The translations under genes and the position numbers were made by a program. Below the pieces are notes generated by a model. That model had not been told where the DNA came from, did not search any database, and saw only the letters and a program-made list of their open reading frames with translations. A stretch of DNA of 64,000 nucleotides, taken from Acidobacteriota bacterium (GTDB lineage Bacteria; Acidobacteriota; UBA890; WLXD01). The DNA lies in assembly GCA_965248695.1 (NCBI GenBank), contig CBDFKD010000002.1:1184001-1248000 (forward strand), given 5' to 3'. Positions 10,913-19,591 of the stretch are shown here, piece by piece (the first letter of the stretch is position 1; every line of letters begins with the position of its first letter).

Positions 10913-11118
10913 AAAAGGAGGTGATCTAGTGTTGTCTGATAAACACGGCTTAACGGAGGTGGCAGCCCCGTAAGGGAGATCCTTCCTTTCGAGCTGAAGG
11001 CTCCAGCGTTGTTGGCGCTGTTGAGGGATCCGTCCCCGATGCGGGGAATCCCACTGCCACCGACCATGAGCTACAAACGAGGGCCCCGGCGCCGAACGGC
11101 GTCGGGGCCCTTGTCTTG
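10913..11118 (+). ncRNA. Candidate structured non-coding or dual-function RNA
   Basis: GGTGGCAG (10958-65) pairs with CTGCCACC (11054-61), enclosing several hairpins; perfect AAGGAGGTGATC; ends in a terminator-like hairpin. Confidence 0.5.
11078..11118 (+). terminator. Intrinsic terminator-like hairpin
   Basis: GGGCCCCGGCGCCG-AA-CGGCGTCGGGGCCC followed by TTGTCTT. Confidence 0.6.
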
Positions 11119-11175
11119 ATAGCCTCGGGGTGCCCGCACGAATCGTACGCACAGATTCTCGAGTCTGGCCAACAC

Positions 11176-12090
11176 ATGCAGCGTGCCGTCGTCATTGCCA
11201 ACCCCATTGCCGGCCAGGGGGCTCCGATGCGGGCTGCGGAAGAGGCCCGCGGCCATCTCGAGCACCACGGCTGGGAGGTCGGGGTTCGACCGACGAGCGC
11301 GACCGGGCATGCGACCGAGATCGTCCAGCAGTGCCTGCACTCCACGGAGCTGATCGTCGTCGTCGGTGGCGACGGCACCGTACGCGAGGCGGTCGCCGGG
11401 CTCGACGGCGCGTCGGTGCCGGTCGGATTCGTACCGATGGGCAACGCCAACGTTCTGGCGCGTGAGCTACGGATCCCGCGGAACCCGCAGCACTCCATCC
11501 CTTTGCTCACCGCCGGGGAGCCACTGGCGATCGATGTGGGCCGCGTCGAGGGCATGATCTTTCTGAGCATGGTCAGCGTCGGCTACGACGGCTGGACTAT
11601 CGCCGGTGTCGATTGGCTGCGCGGCACCCGCGTCGGGGGGTGGCTGTACCGACACGGCGGCTCGAGCTGCCTCTACGTGCTCGCCGGATTGCCGCCGCTT
11701 CTGCTAAGAACGGTTCCCAACCGGGTTCGCATCGAGGCCGATGGCCAACTCCTGACACGGCGTTACCCCTCGGCCGTTTTCAGCAACGCCGAAGCCTACG
11801 GGCTGGGGTGGGCAATGACTCCTGGAGCCAACATCCGCGATGGTCGTCTCGACCACCAGGCCAACCGACGCTCCGCACCGTGGTTCGTTCTTTGGACCAT
11901 CGCCGCCTCCATCCTGCACCGCCGTGTGCCGGGGGTAGTGGCGGAATACGGCGGCGCGGCGGGGTACCGCGTCACCGCTGATCGGCCGTTCCGATGGCAG
12001 GTCGACGGTGACCCCATGCCGCCCCGTCGCGAGCTGCATATCGAGCTATTGCCGCGCCACGCACGGATTGTCGCGCCGCCGCCCGACTAG
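11176..12090 (+). CDS. Diacylglycerol/lipid kinase family protein (DAGK/YegS-like)
   Basis: IANPIAG, VVGGDGT, VPMGNANVLARE, QVDGD motifs. Confidence 0.9.
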   Translation: MQRAVVIANPIAGQGAPMRAAEEARGHLEHHGWEVGVRPTSATGHATEIVQQCLHSTELIVVVGGDGTVREAVAGLDGASVPVGFVPMGNANVLARELRIPRNPQHSIPLLTAGEPLAIDVGRVEGMIFLSMVSVGYDGWTIAGVDWLRGTRVGGWLYRHGGSSCLYVLAGLPPLLLRTVPNRVRIEADGQLLTRRYPSAVFSNAEAYGLGWAMTPGANIRDGRLDHQANRRSAPWFVLWTIAASILHRRVPGVVAEYGGAAGYRVTADRPFRWQVDGDPMPPRRELHIELLPRHARIVAPPPD

Positions 12091-12713
12091 GCTCTCGGCC
12101 CGCTGACGTGGGGGCTTTCTCGAACGAAGAAGCGCAGTGGTGCGTCTTGCCATTCCTCGGCGTAGCCGATGCCGACGCGTGTCCCGCTTTGGATTGCCGA
12201 AGTCGGCAACGGCCGCAGGCACCGACGCTCGATACACAGGCGGCCGGGTCGCGTCAGGTCGACGCCGTTGAGCGTGCGAGTGATGCCGAGTGCCTGGCAG
12301 AGCTTGGCGGGTCCCGAGCACAGCTCGGTATCGCGGCGGGCCCGCACCCGGCGGGCGTACATGTGCGATACGCCTGTCTCTGGCTGCAGTGCTCGAATCA
12401 ATACGCCCATCGGCTCCTCGGCCTGCCCGGCCACCGCATTCACACAGTGGTGCATGCCGTAGACGAAGTAGACGTAGGCGTGGCCGCCGTCACCCCACAT
12501 GCTCTCGTTGCGCTCGGTGCGCCGGCCGCCGTACGTGTGGGCCGCTTTGTCCTCGATCCCGAGATAGGCCTCGGTCTCGACGATGACGCCGGCGGTTCGA
12601 ACTCCACCGACCAGGCTGACCAGTCGCTGACCGAGCAGGGCGCGCGCCAGCGTTGCCGCATCGCGACGAAAGAAGCGCCGCGACAGACACGGCGCGGAGG
12701 CACGCTTCGTCAT
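12087..12713 (-). CDS. DNA-3-methyladenine glycosylase (MPG/AAG type)
   Basis: IVETEAY, YVYFVYGMHHCVN, VLIRA, GPAKLCQALGI, RVGI motifs. Confidence 0.92.
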   Translation of the reverse strand: MTKRASAPCLSRRFFRRDAATLARALLGQRLVSLVGGVRTAGVIVETEAYLGIEDKAAHTYGGRRTERNESMWGDGGHAYVYFVYGMHHCVNAVAGQAEEPMGVLIRALQPETGVSHMYARRVRARRDTELCSGPAKLCQALGITRTLNGVDLTRPGRLCIERRCLRPLPTSAIQSGTRVGIGYAEEWQDAPLRFFVRESPHVSGPRA

Positions 12714-12745
12714 GGACTCAACTCTGCAGGGCTCCCGGCGGCCGA

Positions 12746-14440
12746 TTAGTAGCCGGTGGCCGTCCCGGCGCCCCGTCGATCGGCGTGGCCGGCGAGATAG
12801 CCGTCCGGCGTGCGCATGATGCCGGCGGCCATACCGATGGTGCCGCGCTCGCGCAGCTCGTAGCCCATGCGCCAAAGATCGGTCTGCGTTTCGGCCGAGA
12901 TCGCGAAGCGCTCGTGGTAGATGACGTCCGGAAGCCATTGGCTGTGGATACGCTCGGCATCGATCGCCTGCTGGATATCCATGCCCCAAACGGTGACGTT
13001 GAGGTAGATCTGCAACACGGTGTTGATGATCGTCGGGCCGCCCGGGCTCCCCATGGTCATGAAGAACTCACCGTCGCGGCGAATGATCGTCGGCGTCATC
13101 GAGGATAGGGGTCGCTTCCCCGGCTCGACGGCGTTGGCCTCGGCGCCGAGCATGCCGTACTGGTTCGGAACCCCGGGCTTGGCGGAGAAGTTGTCCATCT
13201 GGTTGTTCCACAGAAAGCCTGTGCCGGCGGCCACGGCGCCCATTCCATACCCGCTGTTGAGTGTCGTGGTCACTGCAGCGACGTTGCCCCAGCGATCGAC
13301 GACGGTGTAATGCGTTGTCTCCTCCGACTCCGCCGCGCCGTGGGCGACGCCGGCGCTGTCGCCGGCAAGCCCATCTCGGGGTAGCAGCTGCCGGCGACGC
13401 TCGATGTAACGCGGAGAAGTGAGGCGGGCTACCGGGACATCGAAGAAGCGCGGATCACCGAGCCAGTAGTTGCGATCGGCGAACGCCAGTCGCTGGGCCT
13501 CGGTGAGCATCGAGATCGCCGCGGCGGAGTGGTAGCCGGCCGCAGCAAGCTCCGACACACGCACCAGCCCGAGCATCTGGGCAATCGTCGTGCCGCCCGA
13601 GCTCGGTACCGGATGAGTGATCCACTCGTAGTCGCCGTGCGTGAAGAGCAACGGGTCGCGCCAGTCGGAGCTGTAGCTGTCGAGATCCTTGTGGGTGATC
13701 AAGCCATCGTGGGCTTGCATGTCGGCGACGATGAGGTCGGCAACGCGTCCGGAGTAGAAGCCGTCGCGGCCATGCCGCGAGACCGCCTCCAGCGTGTCCG
13801 CCAGATCCGACTGCACTAGAATGTCACCCATCTCGGGTCCATCGCCGGCCAAACGAAACGCCGCCACAGTGGCCGGGAACTCACGCAGCTTGCGCACCCG
13901 TCGCAAGCTGCTGCTGAGCCTGTATGAGACCGGGAAACCGTCACGCGCGAGCGCGATGGCTGGCGCCAGCACCTGTTCGTGGCTCAGGTTGCCGTCGCGT
14001 TCGATGAGCGCCAGCATCCCGTCGACGCTTCCCGGGACGCCGATGCCCTTGTGGGTCTGCGTGCTCAGCCCGTCGATCATCTCGCCGTTGGCGTCGAGAT
14101 ACATGTCTTCAGTCGCCGCCGCCGGTGCTCTTTCGCGGAAGTCGAGCGCGAACGGTTCCCCGGCCGCCGGCAGCCCGACGAGAAAGCCGCCGCCACCGAT
14201 GTTGCCGGCTGCAGGATAGGTCACGGCGAGCGCGAACTGCACTGCCGCTGTAGCGTCGAAGGCATTGCCGCCCGCCTGCATAATCGCCACCCCGACATCG
14301 GTGGCGAAGCGCTCCGGCGAGGCGACCATCCCGCTGGCTGCGAAGCTGGGCCCCGAACGAGCCGAGGCCGGGGCAACCGAGGCGCCGGCGATAGCGACAA
14401 CCAGGGCGAGGGCGACTCCGTTGAGTCTGCGTAGCGTCAT
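12746..14440 (-). CDS. ggt: Gamma-glutamyltransferase
   Basis: GNIGGGGF, DFRERAP, ETTHYTVVD autocleavage Thr, RPLSSMTP, GSPGG; signal peptide. Confidence 0.93.
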   Translation of the reverse strand: MTLRRLNGVALALVVAIAGASVAPASARSGPSFAASGMVASPERFATDVGVAIMQAGGNAFDATAAVQFALAVTYPAAGNIGGGGFLVGLPAAGEPFALDFRERAPAAATEDMYLDANGEMIDGLSTQTHKGIGVPGSVDGMLALIERDGNLSHEQVLAPAIALARDGFPVSYRLSSSLRRVRKLREFPATVAAFRLAGDGPEMGDILVQSDLADTLEAVSRHGRDGFYSGRVADLIVADMQAHDGLITHKDLDSYSSDWRDPLLFTHGDYEWITHPVPSSGGTTIAQMLGLVRVSELAAAGYHSAAAISMLTEAQRLAFADRNYWLGDPRFFDVPVARLTSPRYIERRRQLLPRDGLAGDSAGVAHGAAESEETTHYTVVDRWGNVAAVTTTLNSGYGMGAVAAGTGFLWNNQMDNFSAKPGVPNQYGMLGAEANAVEPGKRPLSSMTPTIIRRDGEFFMTMGSPGGPTIINTVLQIYLNVTVWGMDIQQAIDAERIHSQWLPDVIYHERFAISAETQTDLWRMGYELRERGTIGMAAGIMRTPDGYLAGHADRRGAGTATGY

Positions 14441-14733
14441 TCGGGCAACTCCATGGATTGCGGCGCCTGCGTTGCGTTGCCGAGCTGGCGGACGAACCAG
14501 AACATTCCGAGAACGATGGCGATCAGCGCCACGACCATGGCGATCAACGAGATCTTGTTCCAGCGTGACAGCTTGATCGGCCCGGGGTCCGGGGCGTGCT
14601 CGCGCGCCGCTTCGATGAGGCGATCGGCGCACGGCGGGCACTCCTTGCAATGCGCGATGATGCGCGCCTTCTTGCGCTCGCCGAGCTCGTCGCGCGCGAA
14701 GTTCACCAGGTCTTGCTCGGTCATGTGGATCAT
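14437..14733 (-). CDS. Small zf-HC2 (anti-sigma-like) single-pass membrane protein
   Basis: HCKECPPC (HxxxCxxC) followed by one TM helix; stop overlaps ggt start. Confidence 0.65.
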   Translation of the reverse strand: MIHMTEQDLVNFARDELGERKKARIIAHCKECPPCADRLIEAAREHAPDPGPIKLSRWNKISLIAMVVALIAIVLGMFWFVRQLGNATQAPQSMELPE

Positions 14734-14844
14734 GCATCCCTTCATATCATCCGAACACCGGTGGCCTCGACCGGTGTGCTCGTCAACCCTGCGTACGTTC
14801 CGCCTGGCCGGCAGGCGAACTGGCCGTTCCGTTACCATTGTGCG

Positions 14845-16269
14845 ATGAGCCGACGGAGGATCGTCCGCAGCCCCTTCCTGCTTCCGGTCTTGATTCCGGT
14901 GCTGGCCGCGACGGCCTGTGCGCCTGAAGATGACCTGCCAGATCGTCGCGGCGTCGCGGCAGCCAAGCAGCGCGAGCGCGGTGCCGGCGACGCGCAGCGC
15001 GTCCGAGGCGCGCCGGACTATCTGTCGCGCGCCATGATCGAGAGTTCCCCGGTCGCCGGGCGCCACGCTGGCTGGGATCGGGAGCGACTGTGGAGCCCGC
15101 ACGTCGACTGGGAGCCAGTGGTCGCCGCCGACCGGGGGTCGGGGTGGGTCTACCAGATGGCGAGCCGCTACTTCGCCTCTCCCTGTGACGGCTGCCCGGA
15201 TCCGATCATGGTGTTTCGCCGCTCGGCCGATGGCGGGGTGACCTGGGAGGACGATCGGTATCCGTTTCTCGAAGGCCGCTGGCAGAACGATCCGCAGCTC
15301 GTGGTTGCCGGCGACGGCACCATCTTCGCCGCCTGGCTGCAGGACTGGCGGCCGGGGGTACGGCTGTCGCGCTCGGTCGACAACGGCGCCACGTGGAGCG
15401 AGCCGATGCATTTCACCCGCGATCGACAACCACGATGGTCCGACCATCCCCTGCTGCTGGTTTCTGACGATGGCCGGGACATCTACGTGGCGTTCAACAA
15501 CGGCGACAGCTGGGTGGCGGCGTCGCACGACGGCGGCTCGACGTTTGCGGCCCCGGTGCGTACCAACGATGACGATCGGTACTGGTTTCAGACCGGTGGT
15601 CTAGTCGCCGACAACGGTGACGTGTTTATCGCCGCGGCGGACTACTCGCAGAGCTACGATGGTGAGGCGCATATCAACGTCCTGCGATCGACCGACGGCG
15701 GTAGGTCGTGGTCCGGGGCACGCGTGGATACTTCCGCGGAGATGCCCGCGTGCGAGTGGGCGGAGGGCTGCTACTCCGGATTTCTGGGACCGCGCGCTGG
15801 CGTCGCGATGGACTCCGCGGGCACGTTCATGCTGGTGTACAACGCCGGCGCCCGCGGCGGACGTTCGCAGCGCCTGTGGTATCGGACCTCGATCGACGCC
15901 CTCAGCTGGGGACCGCGCACGCCACTGTCGCGCCCGGAGGCGCTCGTCGACTTCGCGTTCCCGGTGGTTGTGGCCGGCCCCGCTGCGGGTGATTTCCGCG
16001 TCGCATGGATGGACGACCGGCGGGGCTCGCAGAGCCGCTGGAACACCTGGTTGGCGCACACTACGGATGCCGGCGCGACATGGGGTGAGCGCTTGCGTCT
16101 GTCGGGCGGCGGACCGCAGACCAGCTACTCCGATGCCGACGGCTACGCGTTCCCCTACGGGGACTACTTCCAGCTCGTAGTCGACGGCGACGGCCGCAAT
16201 CACGTCGTGTGGGGCGCCGGCGAGAGCTACGACGGCAACGGCGGCGTCTGGTACACGCGCGGCCGTTGA
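14845..16269 (+). CDS. Sialidase-like BNR repeat lipoprotein
   Basis: ATAC lipobox; Asp-box repeats SADGGVTW, SVDNGATW, SHDGGSTF, STDGGRSW; GDYFQL. Confidence 0.82.
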   Translation: MSRRRIVRSPFLLPVLIPVLAATACAPEDDLPDRRGVAAAKQRERGAGDAQRVRGAPDYLSRAMIESSPVAGRHAGWDRERLWSPHVDWEPVVAADRGSGWVYQMASRYFASPCDGCPDPIMVFRRSADGGVTWEDDRYPFLEGRWQNDPQLVVAGDGTIFAAWLQDWRPGVRLSRSVDNGATWSEPMHFTRDRQPRWSDHPLLLVSDDGRDIYVAFNNGDSWVAASHDGGSTFAAPVRTNDDDRYWFQTGGLVADNGDVFIAAADYSQSYDGEAHINVLRSTDGGRSWSGARVDTSAEMPACEWAEGCYSGFLGPRAGVAMDSAGTFMLVYNAGARGGRSQRLWYRTSIDALSWGPRTPLSRPEALVDFAFPVVVAGPAAGDFRVAWMDDRRGSQSRWNTWLAHTTDAGATWGERLRLSGGGPQTSYSDADGYAFPYGDYFQLVVDGDGRNHVVWGAGESYDGNGGVWYTRGR

Positions 16270-17135
16270 GCACCGCGCCGGCAGCAGACATGTGGGCGGC
16301 TCCGGGGCGACTCCGCCTCGCGGGCACCGTTGCCCTCCTCGCGCTGCTGGCATTGATAGCCAGTGGGGCGGTCGACCAGCGCGCCCAGGACAGTTCGGGT
16401 GTGGTATTTCGCCGCGCCGTGATCACCTTCGCTGCGGCGCGGGCGCTCGATGGGGCGATCTCGCTGGCGCAGGGAACCGAGATCGCGTTGCAGCCCGCCG
16501 GGATGGGGGTGACGATCAGCGCCGGCGAGCTGCTCGATCCGATCAACGACCTGGTGGAGCAGTTCTCGTCGTTGATGTTGGTGGCCACCACATCGCTGGG
16601 TCTGCAGAACATGCTGCTTCGGGTGAGCGCGTGGTGGGTGTTCGGTACCCTGTTGGCGCTGCTTGCCGTGGCGCGGATGGTCATCCTCTGGTACCCCGAG
16701 CTGGGCTCGGAGCCGCTGCGCCAGCTCATCAGCGGCGCCTTTGTCGTGGTGCTGGTGGTTCGCTTTGCCTTGCCGCTCTACGCTCTCGGCTCGGGTCTGT
16801 TCTTCGAGCGGTTCCTGGCGCCCTCGCAGGCCGAGGCCGTCGGCGCGATCGAGCAGACCAGCGGCGACATACGCGAGCTCGAACGACTCGGGGCCGAGAG
16901 TGAGCTCGACGCCGACGCCACCTGGATGGCGCGCGTCTCGACGTGGTTTGCGGACGCGGTCGAGCGGCTCGACGTCCGCGAACGCCTCGAGGCGTTCCGC
17001 GAGCGTCTGACCGCCGTGACCGAACAGGTGCTCCACCTGGTCGTCGTCTTCACCCTGCAGACCATCGCGCTGCCGCTGGCGTTCCTGTGGATCCTGCCGC
17101 GCGCCGTGACCTGGACCATGCGACGTCTGGCCTGA
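16266..17135 (+). CDS. Hypothetical membrane protein
   Basis: Multiple TM segments; LLDPINDLVEQFS segment; start uncertain. Confidence 0.75.
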   Translation: MSTAPAADMWAAPGRLRLAGTVALLALLALIASGAVDQRAQDSSGVVFRRAVITFAAARALDGAISLAQGTEIALQPAGMGVTISAGELLDPINDLVEQFSSLMLVATTSLGLQNMLLRVSAWWVFGTLLALLAVARMVILWYPELGSEPLRQLISGAFVVVLVVRFALPLYALGSGLFFERFLAPSQAEAVGAIEQTSGDIRELERLGAESELDADATWMARVSTWFADAVERLDVRERLEAFRERLTAVTEQVLHLVVVFTLQTIALPLAFLWILPRAVTWTMRRLA

Positions 17136-17362
17136 CCGACGACGGTGTTCCGACCGCCACCGAGGCAGTGCCTCCGCCGCGGCGATCGCCGGCTCTCGTG
17201 CGACTCATCCGGGTGACCGCCAGGTTCCTCTGTGACTCGGCACGGCGACCGCCAGGCTCCCCTGCCGCTCAGCGTGGGAAGCTGCTACCCTGGCTCACTG
17301 CTGGGGCCCGCGCTGTGTGCGGTCCCCTTGTTGCAGAACGGTTCGATGGGAGTGTTTGGTAA

Positions 17363-17638
17363 GTGAAGAAGATCTACGTTGGAAACCTGTCCTGGGGCAG
17401 CGGTGACGCCGAGCTACGCGAGTACTTCTCCGCCTATGGCGAGGTGCACTCGGCGGCGGTGATTACCGACCGCGATACCGGCCGCTCGCGCGGGTTCGGG
17501 TTTGTCGAGATGGAAGACGCGGACGCCGAGAAGGCGATCTCTCAAGCCGACGGCCAGGAGATGGACGGCCGCCGGTTGCGCGTCAACGAGGCCCAACCGC
17601 GCGGCGAGCGCGGAGGCGGAGGCGGCGGACGCTGGTAG
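17363..17638 (+). CDS. RRM RNA-binding protein
   Basis: RNP2 IYVGNL, RNP1 RGFGFVEM, Gly-rich tail. Confidence 0.95.
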   Translation: MKKIYVGNLSWGSGDAELREYFSAYGEVHSAAVITDRDTGRSRGFGFVEMEDADAEKAISQADGQEMDGRRLRVNEAQPRGERGGGGGGRW

Positions 17639-17755
17639 CGTCCTGACCGCGTAACACCCGACGTCGTAGCCAGATGTCGGTCAACCCGATGCTTGTAGAG
17701 GGCCGCGACGTTCCGGCGTCGTGGCTTCTTGTGCCGGCATGAATCCCCGGCGCAG

Positions 17756-18140
17756 TCAGGGGGACGACGTCGATCGCGAAAGCCGCGGTAGCCAGGCCGA
17801 CAGTCGGCGAATCTCCGTGAGCAGCGCCAGACGTCGGGCTATCAACTCGGGGGTCAGGTCAGCCTTTCGATGTCCTGTTGATCGATCGGTCGACCCGACT
17901 CGCGTTTCATCTCGATTAGGTTCTCGAGCCTCACTAGCCACAATTCCAAGTCCTCGTGCTCGACAGCGTGACGTGATTCGTATGCGGAAGCATACGTGCC
18001 GCGGTCGGCAATCATCAGATCCAAGGATAGCGGCTCCTCCCAGTTTCCCTCGAGCTTCACCACGCGGTGCATCCGGTAGATTCCGCCCGACAGGGGGATG
18101 ATGCCGGAGTCGATGGTGAAACCCGAGGCCCGAATCACCG
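17756..18140 (-). pseudogene. Remnant of nucleotidyltransferase-like gene plus small partner (TA-like pair)
   Basis: C-terminus LIEMKRESGRPIDQQDIERL followed by DLTPELIARRL; credible N-termini missing. Confidence 0.45.
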
Positions 18141-18259
18141 GCCGTTGCGTATCTGCACTGGGCGTCGGCTGAGTGGGCAGGTCAGCTTCTCGATCTCCGC
18201 CGCACACGGAATGTCTTCGTCCCATGTCGTCCGGCACCGCAACGATGTAGGCTCGCCTT

Positions 18260-18315
18260 GGCTCGGTCACTGCGGCTAGGTCACTGCGGCTAGGTCACTG
18301 GGGCTCGGTCGCCTA
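18260..18315. repeat. Four 14-bp tandem units (GGCTmGGTCACTGs)
   Basis: ggctcggtcactgc ggctaggtcactgc ggctaggtcactgg ggctcggtcgccta. Confidence 0.75.
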
Positions 18316-18388
18316 CGGTCGATGAGGCTCGGGATCGGACTGAGCCACCGCGGCGGCCGCTGCTGCTTCGGATGACAAGGGAGGATCG

Positions 18389-19591
18389 ATGATCGCCAGA
18401 CGAGCTCTCCGTCGACGCCTGGTCGAGACCGCGACCATCGGGGCGTGCCTCGCCGTCAGCGTTCCCGCCAGTGCCGTCCCCGAGACGCGGGGCTACGTGA
18501 TCGCGATGGTTCACACGGCGACCTACGCGGACACCGACACCTGTCCCATGGGCGGCAACGGGGGGCCGGTCGAGCTGCGGACGCGACGCGTGATGGGCGC
18601 CGGCTACAGCGAGGCGGAGGCGCTCGAGATCCTCGCCAATGGGGGCCGCGACGCTGAGGGGAATCGGGTGGAGGCGGCGGCGCTGTTCGGCAGCTTTGGC
18701 CGCGGGCAGGCCTGGGGCGGTCTCGAGGTCAACCCCGGCAACGCCCCGTATCTGCTGCCGGACCCGCACATCGAAACGGCGCAGGGCCGCTTCGCGCCAG
18801 GCTTCAATCTCGACGGCCGCGTGGACCCGGATGACTTCGAAGATCCCGATACCCACGAGAAGGGCGTCGACAACGGGATCTGGCAGGTCATCGGCTGTTT
18901 CGACACGTTCCATGTCAGACAGCCGGTACGGGCGTACAACGAGAACATCACCTGGGACGCGGTGCTCGACGGGATGCCGGCGTGGCTGATCTCCGTTTCC
19001 GGCGACGATCTGAGCCGTGACGGGCATGTGACGGTAACGTTCGACCGGGCGCTGAACGTCGCCCTGCGCGACGCGAGCGGCGGTCTGTTGTCCGGCGCGA
19101 CCTACACGATCGACCCCGATCCGCGCTCGCACAGCGTCTTCAGGGGCCGTATCGACAACCAGGTACTGACCATCGAGCCGGGGGACTTCTCGATGCAGGG
19201 GGAGTCGCAGTTCTATGCGATTCTCCGTTTCACGCACACCCAGCTGCGTCTTCAGATGAAGCCGGATGGAAGCGTGACGGGACTCCTCGGCGGCTACCAG
19301 CCCTGGTCTGATTACTATCAGTGGCTGGCCGTTCGCGGAGAGACCGACGGGCAAATCGATCTGCCGGGCGTTTACTACGCCATGAAGCGCCTCGCCGACG
19401 GCGTGCCCGATCCGGCGACCGGTGAGAACACCGCCATCTCCACCACCTACTGGCTGGAGGCGGTACCGGCGTTCCACACCGACACGTCGGGCGGCGTGGT
19501 GAGCGTCGCGGTGGGCGCGGGGCCGAAGCTCAGTGGCCCCGCGGCAACCCAGATCGTGGCGCCGCCGGGCGCGACGGAAGCGCAGCAGTGA
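18389..19591 (+). CDS. Secreted hypothetical protein, first gene of DUF1592/DUF1552 operon
   Basis: GGAGG RBS, Arg-rich signal peptide, host-like codon use; stop overlaps next start. Confidence 0.8.
   Translation: MIARRALRRRLVETATIGACLAVSVPASAVPETRGYVIAMVHTATYADTDTCPMGGNGGPVELRTRRVMGAGYSEAEALEILANGGRDAEGNRVEAAALFGSFGRGQAWGGLEVNPGNAPYLLPDPHIETAQGRFAPGFNLDGRVDPDDFEDPDTHEKGVDNGIWQVIGCFDTFHVRQPVRAYNENITWDAVLDGMPAWLISVSGDDLSRDGHVTVTFDRALNVALRDASGGLLSGATYTIDPDPRSHSVFRGRIDNQVLTIEPGDFSMQGESQFYAILRFTHTQLRLQMKPDGSVTGLLGGYQPWSDYYQWLAVRGETDGQIDLPGVYYAMKRLADGVPDPATGENTAISTTYWLEAVPAFHTDTSGGVVSVAVGAGPKLSGPAATQIVAPPGATEAQQ

Noticed and set aside
10913-10930. Minus-strand GATCACCTCCTTT resembling the 16S rRNA 3' end
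   Set aside because: No other 16S helices nearby; better read as a plus-strand Shine-Dalgarno
10955-11066. tRNA or tmRNA, because a closing stem is followed by ACCA
   Set aside because: No T-loop (TTCGA) or D-loop consensus; the micro-ORF does not end like a tmRNA tag
18260-18315. Possible CRISPR array
   Set aside because: Units are contiguous with no spacers and no cas genes are present
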